Shown piece by piece: positions 1 to 8,742 of a DNA stretch of 64,000 nt. The stretch is from an uncultured Burkholderiales bacterium (GTDB lineage Bacteria > Pseudomonadota > Gammaproteobacteria > Burkholderiales > Thiobacillaceae), in assembly GCA_938038385.1 (NCBI GenBank), contig CALHRD010000012.1, positions 19,541 through 83,540 on the forward strand. Direction: 5' to 3'. Within the stretch, counting starts at the first letter, position 1; each line of letters begins with the position of its first letter. The position numbers and the translations under genes were made by a program. The notes below the pieces were generated by a model. It was not told the DNA's origin. It saw only the letters and a program-made list of their open reading frames with translations, and searched no databases.

Positions 1-7
1 GGCGCTC

Positions 8-472
8 ATGCCGAACGATCTCCCCGAACCGGATGCCCGCCCTCGTCACCACCCAGCCGCTGATGCCCTGGCTACCCTTGCTGGCCAGGGCAATGCGGCG
101 GCCAGGTCGTTGCTCTGGGCCCTCTCTGCCCAGGGCCAGGCCGCTCTGGCAGCGGCGGCGGAGGTCCTGGCCCGACCCGAGACCCAGGAGGTGGTGAACC
201 ACCTGTTCAATGCCCTGGGTGCCGCATTCCGGCCTGCCGGTTGCGCTGCCGATGCGCCTCTTCCCGGTCTGGGGGCGGCGCGCGCGGCCTGTCCGCAACT
301 GGAGGCCGAGTGGGGGGCGGTCGAGGCCCTGGCCCGGGTCGGCGAGGCCCAGCTCACGCCCATCTTCGCGCGCAGCAGCGCCATCGGTTCGCTCATGCGG
401 CGCAAGATCACGCCGCTGGTGGAACCCCTCCTGGCGCATATCCGCACCTTGCGCGGTCAGAACGCGGCCTGA
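8..472 (+). CDS. hypothetical protein; frame is open to the window start, so possibly 5' partial
   Basis: 154-aa ORF with a balanced, Ala/Leu-rich, non-repetitive composition. No stop lies between position 2 and the ATG at 8. I recognise no motif. Confidence 0.35.
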   Translation: MPNDLPEPDARPRHHPAADALATLAGQGNAAARSLLWALSAQGQAALAAAAEVLARPETQEVVNHLFNALGAAFRPAGCAADAPLPGLGAARAACPQLEAEWGAVEALARVGEAQLTPIFARSSAIGSLMRRKITPLVEPLLAHIRTLRGQNAA

Positions 473-523
473 GCCGGTCCGGCCCGCGGTTGACCTGGGA
501 GCGAGGCTGGACGATACGCCTGA

Positions 524-1045
524 TCATCTGGCCGGGGGTTTTGCGAACTGCCCGAACCAGGACGCGGGATCGAAGGGCAGCGGCATCACCTGCGCCGGCG
601 TGGTGGCGGGGGGGCGACCGGGACTGGGCGACGGGTAGGGATTCATCAGCATGCCGGGCAATACGGCTCCGGTAGGCAGGAAGGGCAAGGCCATCGCCGG
701 CTGGCCGTAACCGCCGCCAAAGGGCAGGCCGGGGGTGTACCCCGGCGGCGCAAACGGGTTGGGCAGGGAGGTGCGCAGGTAGGGGTTACCGGCGGCCGGC
801 CCGCCCAGGTAGGGATTGGCCATGTATTGCAGGTGTTGGTGCGAGAGCATATTCGGCGCCATCTGCATGCCCGGATACATCAGACCACCCAACATCGGTG
901 TGCCCAGGCCCAGCGGCGCGCCCATGCCGAAGGGACTGAACGGGACGGGCGCCATCATGCTCAGGGGGTTGGCCATGCCCGGAAAACCCGTCTGGGCCAG
1001 GGCGGGTAGGGCGATGCACAGGGTTCCGGCCAGCAGGGTCTTCAT
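524..1045 (-). CDS. secreted Pro/Gly/Met-rich low-complexity protein
   Basis: N-terminal signal peptide MKTLLAGTLCIALPALA/QT. The remainder has almost no charged residues and recurring NPYL, PGM and GxP motifs. It starts 31 bp downstream of the DUF302 gene on the same strand. Confidence 0.6.
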   Translation of the reverse strand: MKTLLAGTLCIALPALAQTGFPGMANPLSMMAPVPFSPFGMGAPLGLGTPMLGGLMYPGMQMAPNMLSHQHLQYMANPYLGGPAAGNPYLRTSLPNPFAPPGYTPGLPFGGGYGQPAMALPFLPTGAVLPGMLMNPYPSPSPGRPPATTPAQVMPLPFDPASWFGQFAKPPAR

Positions 1046-1076
1046 ATCGTGGTCTCCTTGTGTCGTCGGTACGTCG

Positions 1077-1778
1077 TCAAAGGTCGCCTTCGGCGGCGGC
1101 GCGCATGATGTTGTCCATCTTCTCGCGGATGTCGATGGCCGCCTTGATCAGCTCCGGGGCACCCTCCATGCCCATTTTTCCGCTGATGGAGTCCAGCCAG
1201 GACACGTCCCAGTCCAGGGTCATGACCCAGATGTTCTTGTCCGCGTCCTCCATGATGCCGATGCGGCAGGGCAGGTAGACCAGGGACTCGGGGGCGTACA
1301 TCAGCACCGCACGCCCAGCGGCGATGTCGCAGTAGTGGAAGACCTCGACACGCGGTGCGTTCATATCGCCCAGCACCGCCTGGAAGTCCTTCCACATGGG
1401 CGAATGGCCCACCAGTTTGAAGTTGAGCTGGTTGGCGCGCAGCTTCATGGACTCCACCACGTCGTCGAAACTGAGCCCCTCCTTGGCCTTGTACTTCACC
1501 GCCATGTAATTCATCACATCGCGCACGTTCATGCGGGTGGCCTGGTTCATCCAGGGCATGAGCTGGCGCATCATGGCGTTCTTTTCCTGGGGCGTGATGA
1601 CACGGCTCATCTCATAGGGCCGCGTCGGCTGTTTGCCCTGGGTGGTGGGGAACATGAAGGGGCCGGTGGAGACGGGGATGTTCTGCAGATAGGGATTGGG
1701 CTTGGGGGGGTCGGCTGCGAGGGTCAGGCTGCTGGACAGGGTCAATAGGGTGGCCAGTAGGGCTGTACGGACTTTCAT
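1077..1778 (-). CDS. periplasmic DUF302-domain protein (233 aa)
   Basis: Internal ATG at 1778 is preceded by a GGAG RBS. Signal peptide MKVRTALLATLLTLSSSLTLA/A. The C-terminal half (FKLVGHSP...FHYCDIAAGRAVL...LPCRIGIMED...WVMTLDWD) resembles DUF302/TT1751. The upstream part of ORF 1077..2291 is Arg/Gly-rich junk that overlaps soxZ. Confidence 0.8.
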   Translation of the reverse strand: MKVRTALLATLLTLSSSLTLAADPPKPNPYLQNIPVSTGPFMFPTTQGKQPTRPYEMSRVITPQEKNAMMRQLMPWMNQATRMNVRDVMNYMAVKYKAKEGLSFDDVVESMKLRANQLNFKLVGHSPMWKDFQAVLGDMNAPRVEVFHYCDIAAGRAVLMYAPESLVYLPCRIGIMEDADKNIWVMTLDWDVSWLDSISGKMGMEGAPELIKAAIDIREKMDNIMRAAAEGDL

Positions 1779-1979
1779 GCTGGTCTCCTGTGTTGGCTGG
1801 TACGAATGAACTCTAGCGCCCGCACACGCATTGTGACGAGTGCCTGTGCTCCTGTCCAATACGATTGGGATGTATCGTGTCGGAGGCAGAGCCGGCAAGG
1901 CTAATGGAGTCTGTCGGCGCCGGCCGCGTTCCCGACCCGGTGCTGGCCCGGTGTGGGTGACGATATCGGCCGGGGTTGG

Positions 1980-2011
1980 AAAAAAAAGACCAGGCGACGA
2001 TGCCTGGTCTT
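1980..2011 (-). terminator. rho-independent terminator after soxZ
   Basis: Read on the minus strand: stem GACCAGGC, loop ATCGTC, stem GCCTGGTC, followed by a T8 run. It lies about 20 nt after the soxZ stop. Confidence 0.7.
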
Positions 2012-2032
2012 TGATTGCCGAGGCTGGGTTTA

Positions 2033-2344
2033 TCAGCCGATGGTGGCCTCGGAGGTTTCCTTGGCGCCCTGGTTGTCTTCCCAGCTCACCACCACCTTGT
2101 CGCCCTTCTTGGCACCTTTGACCTTGAACGCCAGATAGGGGTTGCGGCTGATGCCGCCGCCCCACTGCGCATCCAGGACGGTGTTGCCACCCACCGTGGC
2201 GACCACACTCTTGATGAAGTGCGCCGGTACCAGCTGACCCGTCTTGGCGTCCTTCCTCAGGCCCGTCTCCATCGGGTGGTTCATCAGGCACTTCACTTCG
2301 GCACTGTCCCCCGTCATGGAGGCACGAATCTTGATGCTCGACAT
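2033..2344 (-). CDS. soxZ: sulfur-compound chelating protein SoxZ
   Basis: 103 aa. MSSIKIRA...AEVKCLMNHPMETGLRKD...GQLVPAHFI...NPYLAFKVKG is the typical SoxZ sequence. It sits directly downstream of soxY. Confidence 0.93.
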   Translation of the reverse strand: MSSIKIRASMTGDSAEVKCLMNHPMETGLRKDAKTGQLVPAHFIKSVVATVGGNTVLDAQWGGGISRNPYLAFKVKGAKKGDKVVVSWEDNQGAKETSEATIG

Positions 2345-2378
2345 GTCTAGTTCCTTTCTCTATCCAGGTTTGCCCGTA

Positions 2379-2852
2379 TCAACCGCCGCAGCCGCCAATG
2401 GTGACCTTCACTTCCTTCGCCGCCGTGTACATCTTGCCACCGGCCTTCACCACCGCGCGCACGTTGGACGTGCTGCCCAGCTTGATGCGCGTGGACACAA
2501 ACCCTTCCGCTCCGTTCATCAGGTCGAACTGCGCAATCAGCGGCAGGTTGTTCTTCTCGCCAACGATGGCGATCGACTCGGTGCCCGGAATCGCCGAGAT
2601 CACCTCCACCGGCACCACCGCACCGTTCTCGGCAATGTCCGGCGCCTTCACCGTGATCTGCCCGCTCTCGGCCGCACCCGCACCGTTGATCGACTTGAGC
2701 ACGTCGGCCAGGCTGCGTGCCTCGAAGCCCGCCTGGTTCCACGGCGCTGCATACACCGCCGTGGGCCTGAGCAGCCCGGCAGCCATCGCCACCCCAACCG
2801 CACCGGCCGCACCGGCACCCTTCAGCACTTGTCTACGCTGGTGATTCATCAA
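2379..2852 (-). CDS. soxY: sulfur carrier protein SoxY
   Basis: Twin-arginine signal (HQRRQVLKGAG...) and the diagnostic C-terminal GGCGG swinging-arm motif. Confidence 0.93.
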   Translation of the reverse strand: MMNHQRRQVLKGAGAAGAVGVAMAAGLLRPTAVYAAPWNQAGFEARSLADVLKSINGAGAAESGQITVKAPDIAENGAVVPVEVISAIPGTESIAIVGEKNNLPLIAQFDLMNGAEGFVSTRIKLGSTSNVRAVVKAGGKMYTAAKEVKVTIGGCGG

Positions 2853-3058
2853 TTAGCTCCTTCACATCCATGGTTGCTCTCGCCACCCCGTGAGGATGGC
2901 AACCTGGGCAACGGCCCACTCCTATCAACGCACTACCGGCTACCCGCGCCTACAGTACTTTCGTCACATGCAGGATGAACGATTCGGCCAGCCGGGCGCC
3001 CTGAATACTAACCCAAAGCGAAAAAAGATGAACAGAGTGCCAAATCAACCAGTACGAA

Positions 3059-3685
3059 TCAACGCAGGCCCGAGATGAACTCGGCCACCGCGCGCATCTC
3101 CCGGTCAGTCATCTTCCTGGCGATCACCTGCATCATCCTGCCGCCGTCGTTCGCACGGTCCCCGCTGCGGAAGTTCCTCAGCTGCGTCTCCACGTAGCGG
3201 GCATGCTGGCCGGCCAGGCGGGGAAACTGCACCGGGATGCCGGCACCGTTCGGGCCATGGCAGGAGGCGCAGGCCGGCACACCGCTGCCTGGGTTGCCAC
3301 CCTTGTATAGGCGCTGTCCGGCGGCCACCAGTTCGGCATCCCTGGCCATTCTGGGTTTGGGCGTCTGGGCGGCGAAATAGGCGCCGAGGTTCAGCATGTC
3401 TTCGTCGCTGAGACCGACCACGTTCGGCGCCATGATCGCGTTCCTGCGTGCACCGGACTTGAAATCGTGCAACTGCTTGGTGATGTATTCGGGGTGCTGG
3501 CCGGCCAGCGTGGGATAGGCCGGAGTGTTGCTGTTGCCATCCGTGCCGTGGCAGGCGCCGCACACATCATCGACGATCTTCTGGGCCCTGGCCGGGTCGC
3601 CGCGGGTCGCCGCGGCCGGGGCCGTGGAGGCCCATGCCAACGGGGCGGACATGAGCGCGATCAGCAGCGCGTGGTGTAAACGCAT
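3059..3685 (-). CDS. dihaem cytochrome c4
   Basis: Signal peptide plus two CxxCH motifs (CGACHG and CASCHG) in two homologous halves, each followed by the QLxxF(K/R)SGxR motif. Confidence 0.9.
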   Translation of the reverse strand: MRLHHALLIALMSAPLAWASTAPAAATRGDPARAQKIVDDVCGACHGTDGNSNTPAYPTLAGQHPEYITKQLHDFKSGARRNAIMAPNVVGLSDEDMLNLGAYFAAQTPKPRMARDAELVAAGQRLYKGGNPGSGVPACASCHGPNGAGIPVQFPRLAGQHARYVETQLRNFRSGDRANDGGRMMQVIARKMTDREMRAVAEFISGLR

Positions 3686-3751
3686 GGCAATACTCCTAAA
3701 TCAGATAGCAGGGTCATCAAATCGCGGCATTCTAGCCGGGCAGCTGCTAGT

Positions 3752-4534
3752 ATGCCAAGCGTTCCAGTCCATGGCTGGGCCCGATGGATCGGATTTGCTT
3801 CGTCGGCGGAGTGGCGCTGGCGATGTGTCCGCGCCGGGACAACACCACATGCGCTCATCGCCTTGATCAACGCGACCTTCCATGTCACCGTCGCCAGCCT
3901 CGCCGGCCTGCCACAGGAGAGCGAGGCCGAGGTCGCCTTCGTCGGGCGATCCAATGCCGGCAAGTCGAGCGCCATCAACGTCCTGGCCAACCAGAAGCGA
4001 CTGGCCTACGTCAGCAAGACGCCGGGGCGCACCCAGCATCTGAACTATTTCCGCGTCGGGCCCGGGCGCTTTCTCGTCGACCTGCCGGGCTATGGCTATG
4101 CGCGTGCACCCCTCGCGCAACAGCGGGCCTGGCAGTCCCTGGCCGGGGATTACCTGGTCTCGCGCACAGCCTTGCGCGGTCTGATCCTGATCATGGACAT
4201 ACGCCATCCCCTGACCGATCTGGACCGGCAGTTGCTCGACTGGTGGCGGCAGACCGGTAAGCCGGTGCACATCCTCCTGTCCAAGGCCGACAAGCTCTCG
4301 CGCAGCCAGGCGTTGACCACCCTGCGTGCGGTGCGGGCCTACCTCGCGCAACAGGGGCTGCCGGGTGCGGCCCAGGTGTTCTCCGCCACGCGCCGGGTGG
4401 GGCTGGACGAGGCCGAAGCCGTGCTGCGCGCCTGGCTCGATCTTGCCCGGCGTCCGCTTGCGCACGGAGATACAGGAGCGCCGGACAAAAAAAACCCGGC
4501 TCAAGGGGACAAAGCCGGGTCGAATGAGCCTTAA
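3752..4534 (+). CDS. engB: ribosome-biogenesis GTPase EngB/YihA
   Basis: G1 motif GRSNAGKSSAIN, then KTPGRTQ and DLPGYGYA, and G4 motif SKADK. The true start is probably downstream of 3752, for example the TTG giving LINATFHV. It is divergent from cytochrome c4, as in many gammaproteobacteria. Confidence 0.85.
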   Translation: MPSVPVHGWARWIGFASSAEWRWRCVRAGTTPHALIALINATFHVTVASLAGLPQESEAEVAFVGRSNAGKSSAINVLANQKRLAYVSKTPGRTQHLNYFRVGPGRFLVDLPGYGYARAPLAQQRAWQSLAGDYLVSRTALRGLILIMDIRHPLTDLDRQLLDWWRQTGKPVHILLSKADKLSRSQALTTLRAVRAYLAQQGLPGAAQVFSATRRVGLDEAEAVLRAWLDLARRPLAHGDTGAPDKKNPAQGDKAGSNEP

Positions 4535-4682
4535 CTTTGCGTTAAGGCACCCGCTCAGGGAGGAGAAGCGGGAGACGAAGCGACTCGTCTCGACATACAG
4601 ATCGATTCTCGTTCAAAAAAGTTCCGCGACGATCTCAGGGCCGGTAATCCTTGCCCGCGCTGGTATCCTTGCGTCTTTCTGA

Positions 4683-5702
<1,020 letters not shown>

Positions 5703-5768
5703 GTGGAACGCCTAAGGGGCGGACCATAGGTCAGGACTTGGGTAGGGCTCCAGCCCGACAACCATAAC

Positions 5769-6503
5769 TCAGAGATAACGCTTGCGCCGCTCCCGCTCCG
5801 CACGCGTGATATAGCGCTGCAGGGCGGTCTCCAGGCCGGGGGGCAGGTCGATGAACTGGCACCCGGCCCGATGCGAGCGGCGTCCGTTGCGCAGCGTGAC
5901 CTCGAAGGTGCTGCGTACGATCAGGCTCACGGCGAACTGGCCGAGGGTGGGCAGGGTGAGGCGGCAGCCGTGGTAGACCCGGCCCACCTCCAGCTCGACG
6001 TCCGGCCTGTAGGCGATGATCCCGATGCCGCCTATGCTCAGGTCCACCACGGTGGCCTCCAGCTCGCCTCCATCGCAGGGGATATGGCATCTGATCGGGT
6101 CGACCACCGAGGTCACCAGGCGGTAGTACTCCCGCCGCTGCAGACGCAGGAGCTCCTCGGGCATGACGGCGCGCAGCACCTCGGCCTGTCGATGACGGAC
6201 CCGTTCCAGGGGAGGGGCGGTGAACTGCACCCGCACCCCGTCGTGGGTCGTGGACAAAGTCACCTCGCGGCAGGTCGCGAGGCGCGCGTTCATCTCCTCG
6301 TCCGCGCCGCAGTCGAGGTAAACGGACCTGCTGGCCGGATCCAGGGCGACGATGGCGGTGAGCATGCGTTCCCTGCCGTCGTCGGCATAGGCGGTGACGA
6401 TGCCGTTGTCCTGCATCACCTCGCGCAGGACGCGCTGCACCTCCGCCGGGTGGCGCACCAGATAGCGGTTGCGTTCCTCGCTGGATGTGAGCTCGATCTT
6501 CAT
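5769..6503 (-). CDS. PilZ-domain c-di-GMP receptor, YcgR-like (PilZN + PilZ)
   Basis: Trimmed to the ATG giving MKIELTS (244 aa, YcgR-sized). It carries the PilZ signatures RREYYR (RxxxR) and DLSIGG (DxSxxG). Confidence 0.8.
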   Translation of the reverse strand: MKIELTSSEERNRYLVRHPAEVQRVLREVMQDNGIVTAYADDGRERMLTAIVALDPASRSVYLDCGADEEMNARLATCREVTLSTTHDGVRVQFTAPPLERVRHRQAEVLRAVMPEELLRLQRREYYRLVTSVVDPIRCHIPCDGGELEATVVDLSIGGIGIIAYRPDVELEVGRVYHGCRLTLPTLGQFAVSLIVRSTFEVTLRNGRRSHRAGCQFIDLPPGLETALQRYITRAERERRKRYL

Positions 6504-6611
6504 GCCGCGGGACCAGGGGGTGAATCGGGTTGTTGGCCACTGTAATGAAACCATATACTGACTAACATTAAATAACTGTCGTTGGCTATAAGAGGTTCTG
6601 ATAGGCATCTC

Positions 6612-7406
6612 ATGGGACTGATGGAGCGGATCAAGCGGTCCGGCGCTGGCTGGAGCAAGACCATCGTCGCCTTCCGTTCACCCAACCCCCTGCGCAAGGG
6701 GGCGGAGCGCGCGAGCGACCGCCTCGTCACGCGCATCGAACGCACGCCGGAGGACGAATTCAAGATCCGCCTCGCCACGACAGGCGAGCGCGCCCAGCAG
6801 GCGAGCTTCCTGGTGCGCAAGCGCTATGCCGAGGTCGGCTATGTCGCGGCCGGCAGCGGCCAGCCCAAGGGTTGCCCGGCCGAGATCACCCTGTTGTCCT
6901 ACCTCAACGAGCAGGTCGTGGGCACGCTCACCGTCGGACTGGACGTCGGCCAGGGCCTCTACGCCGACGAACTGTACAAGGCGGAGACCGACCGCCTGCG
7001 CGCCGAGGGCCGCAAGCCGGCGGAATTCACCAAGCTGGCGGTAGACACCAAACGCGCCTCCAAGCAGGTGCTCGCCTCGCTCTTCCACATCGCTTACATC
7101 CATCTCAGGCGCATCTGGCGCTACACCGACATGGTCATCGAGGTGAATCCGGATCACGTCGAGTTTTACAAGCGTATGCTCGGTTTCGTCGACTTCGGCC
7201 CCGAGCGGCACTGCGCCCGCGTCAACGCCCCCGCCGTGCTGTTGTGGCTGGAGGCGGACAAGGTGGACAGATGGATCGAGGACTACGGCGGCAGGCCCGA
7301 ACTCGCCAAGCAGGTGCGCCTGCTCTATCCCTATTTCTTCTCGCCCAACAAAGACAGGGAGATCGCCAGGCATCTGATCGACAGCGAACGCGGTCAGGCG
7401 GAGTAG
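6612..7406 (+). CDS. FeeM-like long-chain N-acyl amino acid synthase, PEP-CTERM/exosortase-associated acyltransferase family
   Basis: About 264 aa. Its layout (RLATTGERAQQASFLVRKRYAEVGY...LTVGLD...AEFTKLAV...LFHIAYIHL...VNPDHVEFYKRMLGF) matches my recollection of the exosortase-associated acyltransferase family (TIGR03694-like), and PEP-CTERM genes lie nearby. The start is uncertain: TTG at 6582, ATG at 6612 or ATG at 6621. Confidence 0.65.
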   Translation: MGLMERIKRSGAGWSKTIVAFRSPNPLRKGAERASDRLVTRIERTPEDEFKIRLATTGERAQQASFLVRKRYAEVGYVAAGSGQPKGCPAEITLLSYLNEQVVGTLTVGLDVGQGLYADELYKAETDRLRAEGRKPAEFTKLAVDTKRASKQVLASLFHIAYIHLRRIWRYTDMVIEVNPDHVEFYKRMLGFVDFGPERHCARVNAPAVLLWLEADKVDRWIEDYGGRPELAKQVRLLYPYFFSPNKDREIARHLIDSERGQAE

Positions 7407-7665
7407 ATCGCACGGGGGGCAACCAGTTCGGGTAGGGCACCAAGACGCGCAGCGGCAGCGGCCATGTGGTCGTTGCTTGTTGCGGGTCAAGAAAACGACC
7501 GAGACGACGATATACACGGGTAACGGTGATCGCTGCAGCGGCCGTGGCGATGCGATGACCATGAGCCTTCGGGCACTACGGCTTCAAAGACACGGGGCCT
7601 TGGCTACGCCGGGCGCATCACCCTGCGCAGTGACAACCGAGTCATCAGGATTACGAGGAGAGAAG

Positions 7666-8742
7666 GTGGCCCTGTGCAAGAACTGCCTCCTGCCCGACAT
7701 CGTGCCCGGGGCCGATCTGGACGAGAGCGGGCTATGCGCGCATTGCCGCGCTTACGACCCGGCGCGTGCCGAGGCCGACGACCGCGAGGCCAGACGCGCC
7801 TATCAGGCCGACCTCGAGCAGTCGCTCGTCGCAGCCCGCGGCAGCGGCCGCTACGATGCCCTGGTCTGCCTGAGCGGCGGCAAGGACAGCCTCTATCTGC
7901 TCTACAAGCTCAAGGTCGAGTACGGGCTCAGCGTGTTGGCCTTCACCACCGACGTCAACATCCCGAAGCTCGCCTGGGACAACATCCGCCGCTGCATCGC
8001 CAGGCTGGGCGTGGATCACCTGGTCTATCGCCCGCCCGAGGCCTTCTACCGCAAGCTGTTCCGCTATCTGCTCACGCATCAGGAGGCGCGCGGTGCGGTC
8101 TATACCGTCTCTTACGTCTACGCCCCGCTGTTCGAAGGGGATGCGCTGACGGTGGCCATGGAAAAGGGCATCCCGCTCGTGCTGGCCGGCTACTCGCCCG
8201 GGCAGCCGGAGCCGGAGCGCATGGTGTACGAGTTTTCCCGCCGGCTGATCGGCGAGACCGACTGGACGCCGCCCGAACTGGCGTGCTGCGGCGAGTTCGA
8301 CGCGCAAGAGCTGGCGCGCTTCTGGAACCCGAAGCGCTATCCGGCCGGAAGTCGCTTTCCCCGCTATCTGGCCCCCTTCCACGCCTGGGACTACAACCAG
8401 GAGCTGGTCATGCGCGAAGTCGTCCGGCTTGGCCTGGTGAAGACCTCCCGCCATGCCAGCCCGGTGTTCAGCAACTATCCCATCAACTGGCTGTTGATGT
8501 ACTCGGACCTCCTGCATTTCGGCTACAACCCTTACACGCCGGAGTTTTCGGCCCTGATCCGGGCCGGCAAGGCCAGCCGCACCCACTGGCGCATCATGAC
8601 GCCCCTCGTCAACTTCATGATCCGGCACAAGGTCCTGCTGGGGGCCGAAGCCAGCCGCTCCCTGCGCTGGCTCGAGCTCCAGCCCGAGGACCTGCGCATC
8701 ACCCTGCCGCGCGGCGCCTATGATCCCCCTGTCAGTGTCTGA
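7666..8742 (+). CDS. PP-loop ATP pyrophosphatase, N-acetyl-sugar amidotransferase (WbpG-like) family
   Basis: GTG start preceded by a GAGGAG RBS. N-terminal zinc ribbon CKNC...x16...CAHC, then the PP-loop SGGKDS. Size (358 aa) and architecture resemble WbpG/LfnA. An alternative ATG start lies at 7555. Confidence 0.6.
   Translation: MALCKNCLLPDIVPGADLDESGLCAHCRAYDPARAEADDREARRAYQADLEQSLVAARGSGRYDALVCLSGGKDSLYLLYKLKVEYGLSVLAFTTDVNIPKLAWDNIRRCIARLGVDHLVYRPPEAFYRKLFRYLLTHQEARGAVYTVSYVYAPLFEGDALTVAMEKGIPLVLAGYSPGQPEPERMVYEFSRRLIGETDWTPPELACCGEFDAQELARFWNPKRYPAGSRFPRYLAPFHAWDYNQELVMREVVRLGLVKTSRHASPVFSNYPINWLLMYSDLLHFGYNPYTPEFSALIRAGKASRTHWRIMTPLVNFMIRHKVLLGAEASRSLRWLELQPEDLRITLPRGAYDPPVSV

Noticed and set aside
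816-1748. 310-aa plus-strand ORF
   Set aside because: It lies antisense to the DUF302 and P/G/M-rich genes. Its Gly/His/Val/Ala-rich composition is typical of shadow frames in high-GC DNA, and I see no motif, RBS or signal.
1779-2291. N-terminal extensions of ORF-track entries, here 1077..2291; the same applies to 20282..22033, 23485..25266, 26004..28949, 46967..48241, 51250..52956, 52203..53948, 54834..56189, 58543..60189 and 61363..63405
   Set aside because: The extensions are Arg/Pro/Gly-rich and overlap the upstream gene. They precede an internal ATG that has an RBS or stop-start overlap and a canonical family N-terminus, so the genes were trimmed.
3701-4504. 267-aa minus-strand ORF
   Set aside because: It lies antisense to engB, which carries unambiguous GTPase motifs, and its composition is Arg/Gly/Pro-rich junk.
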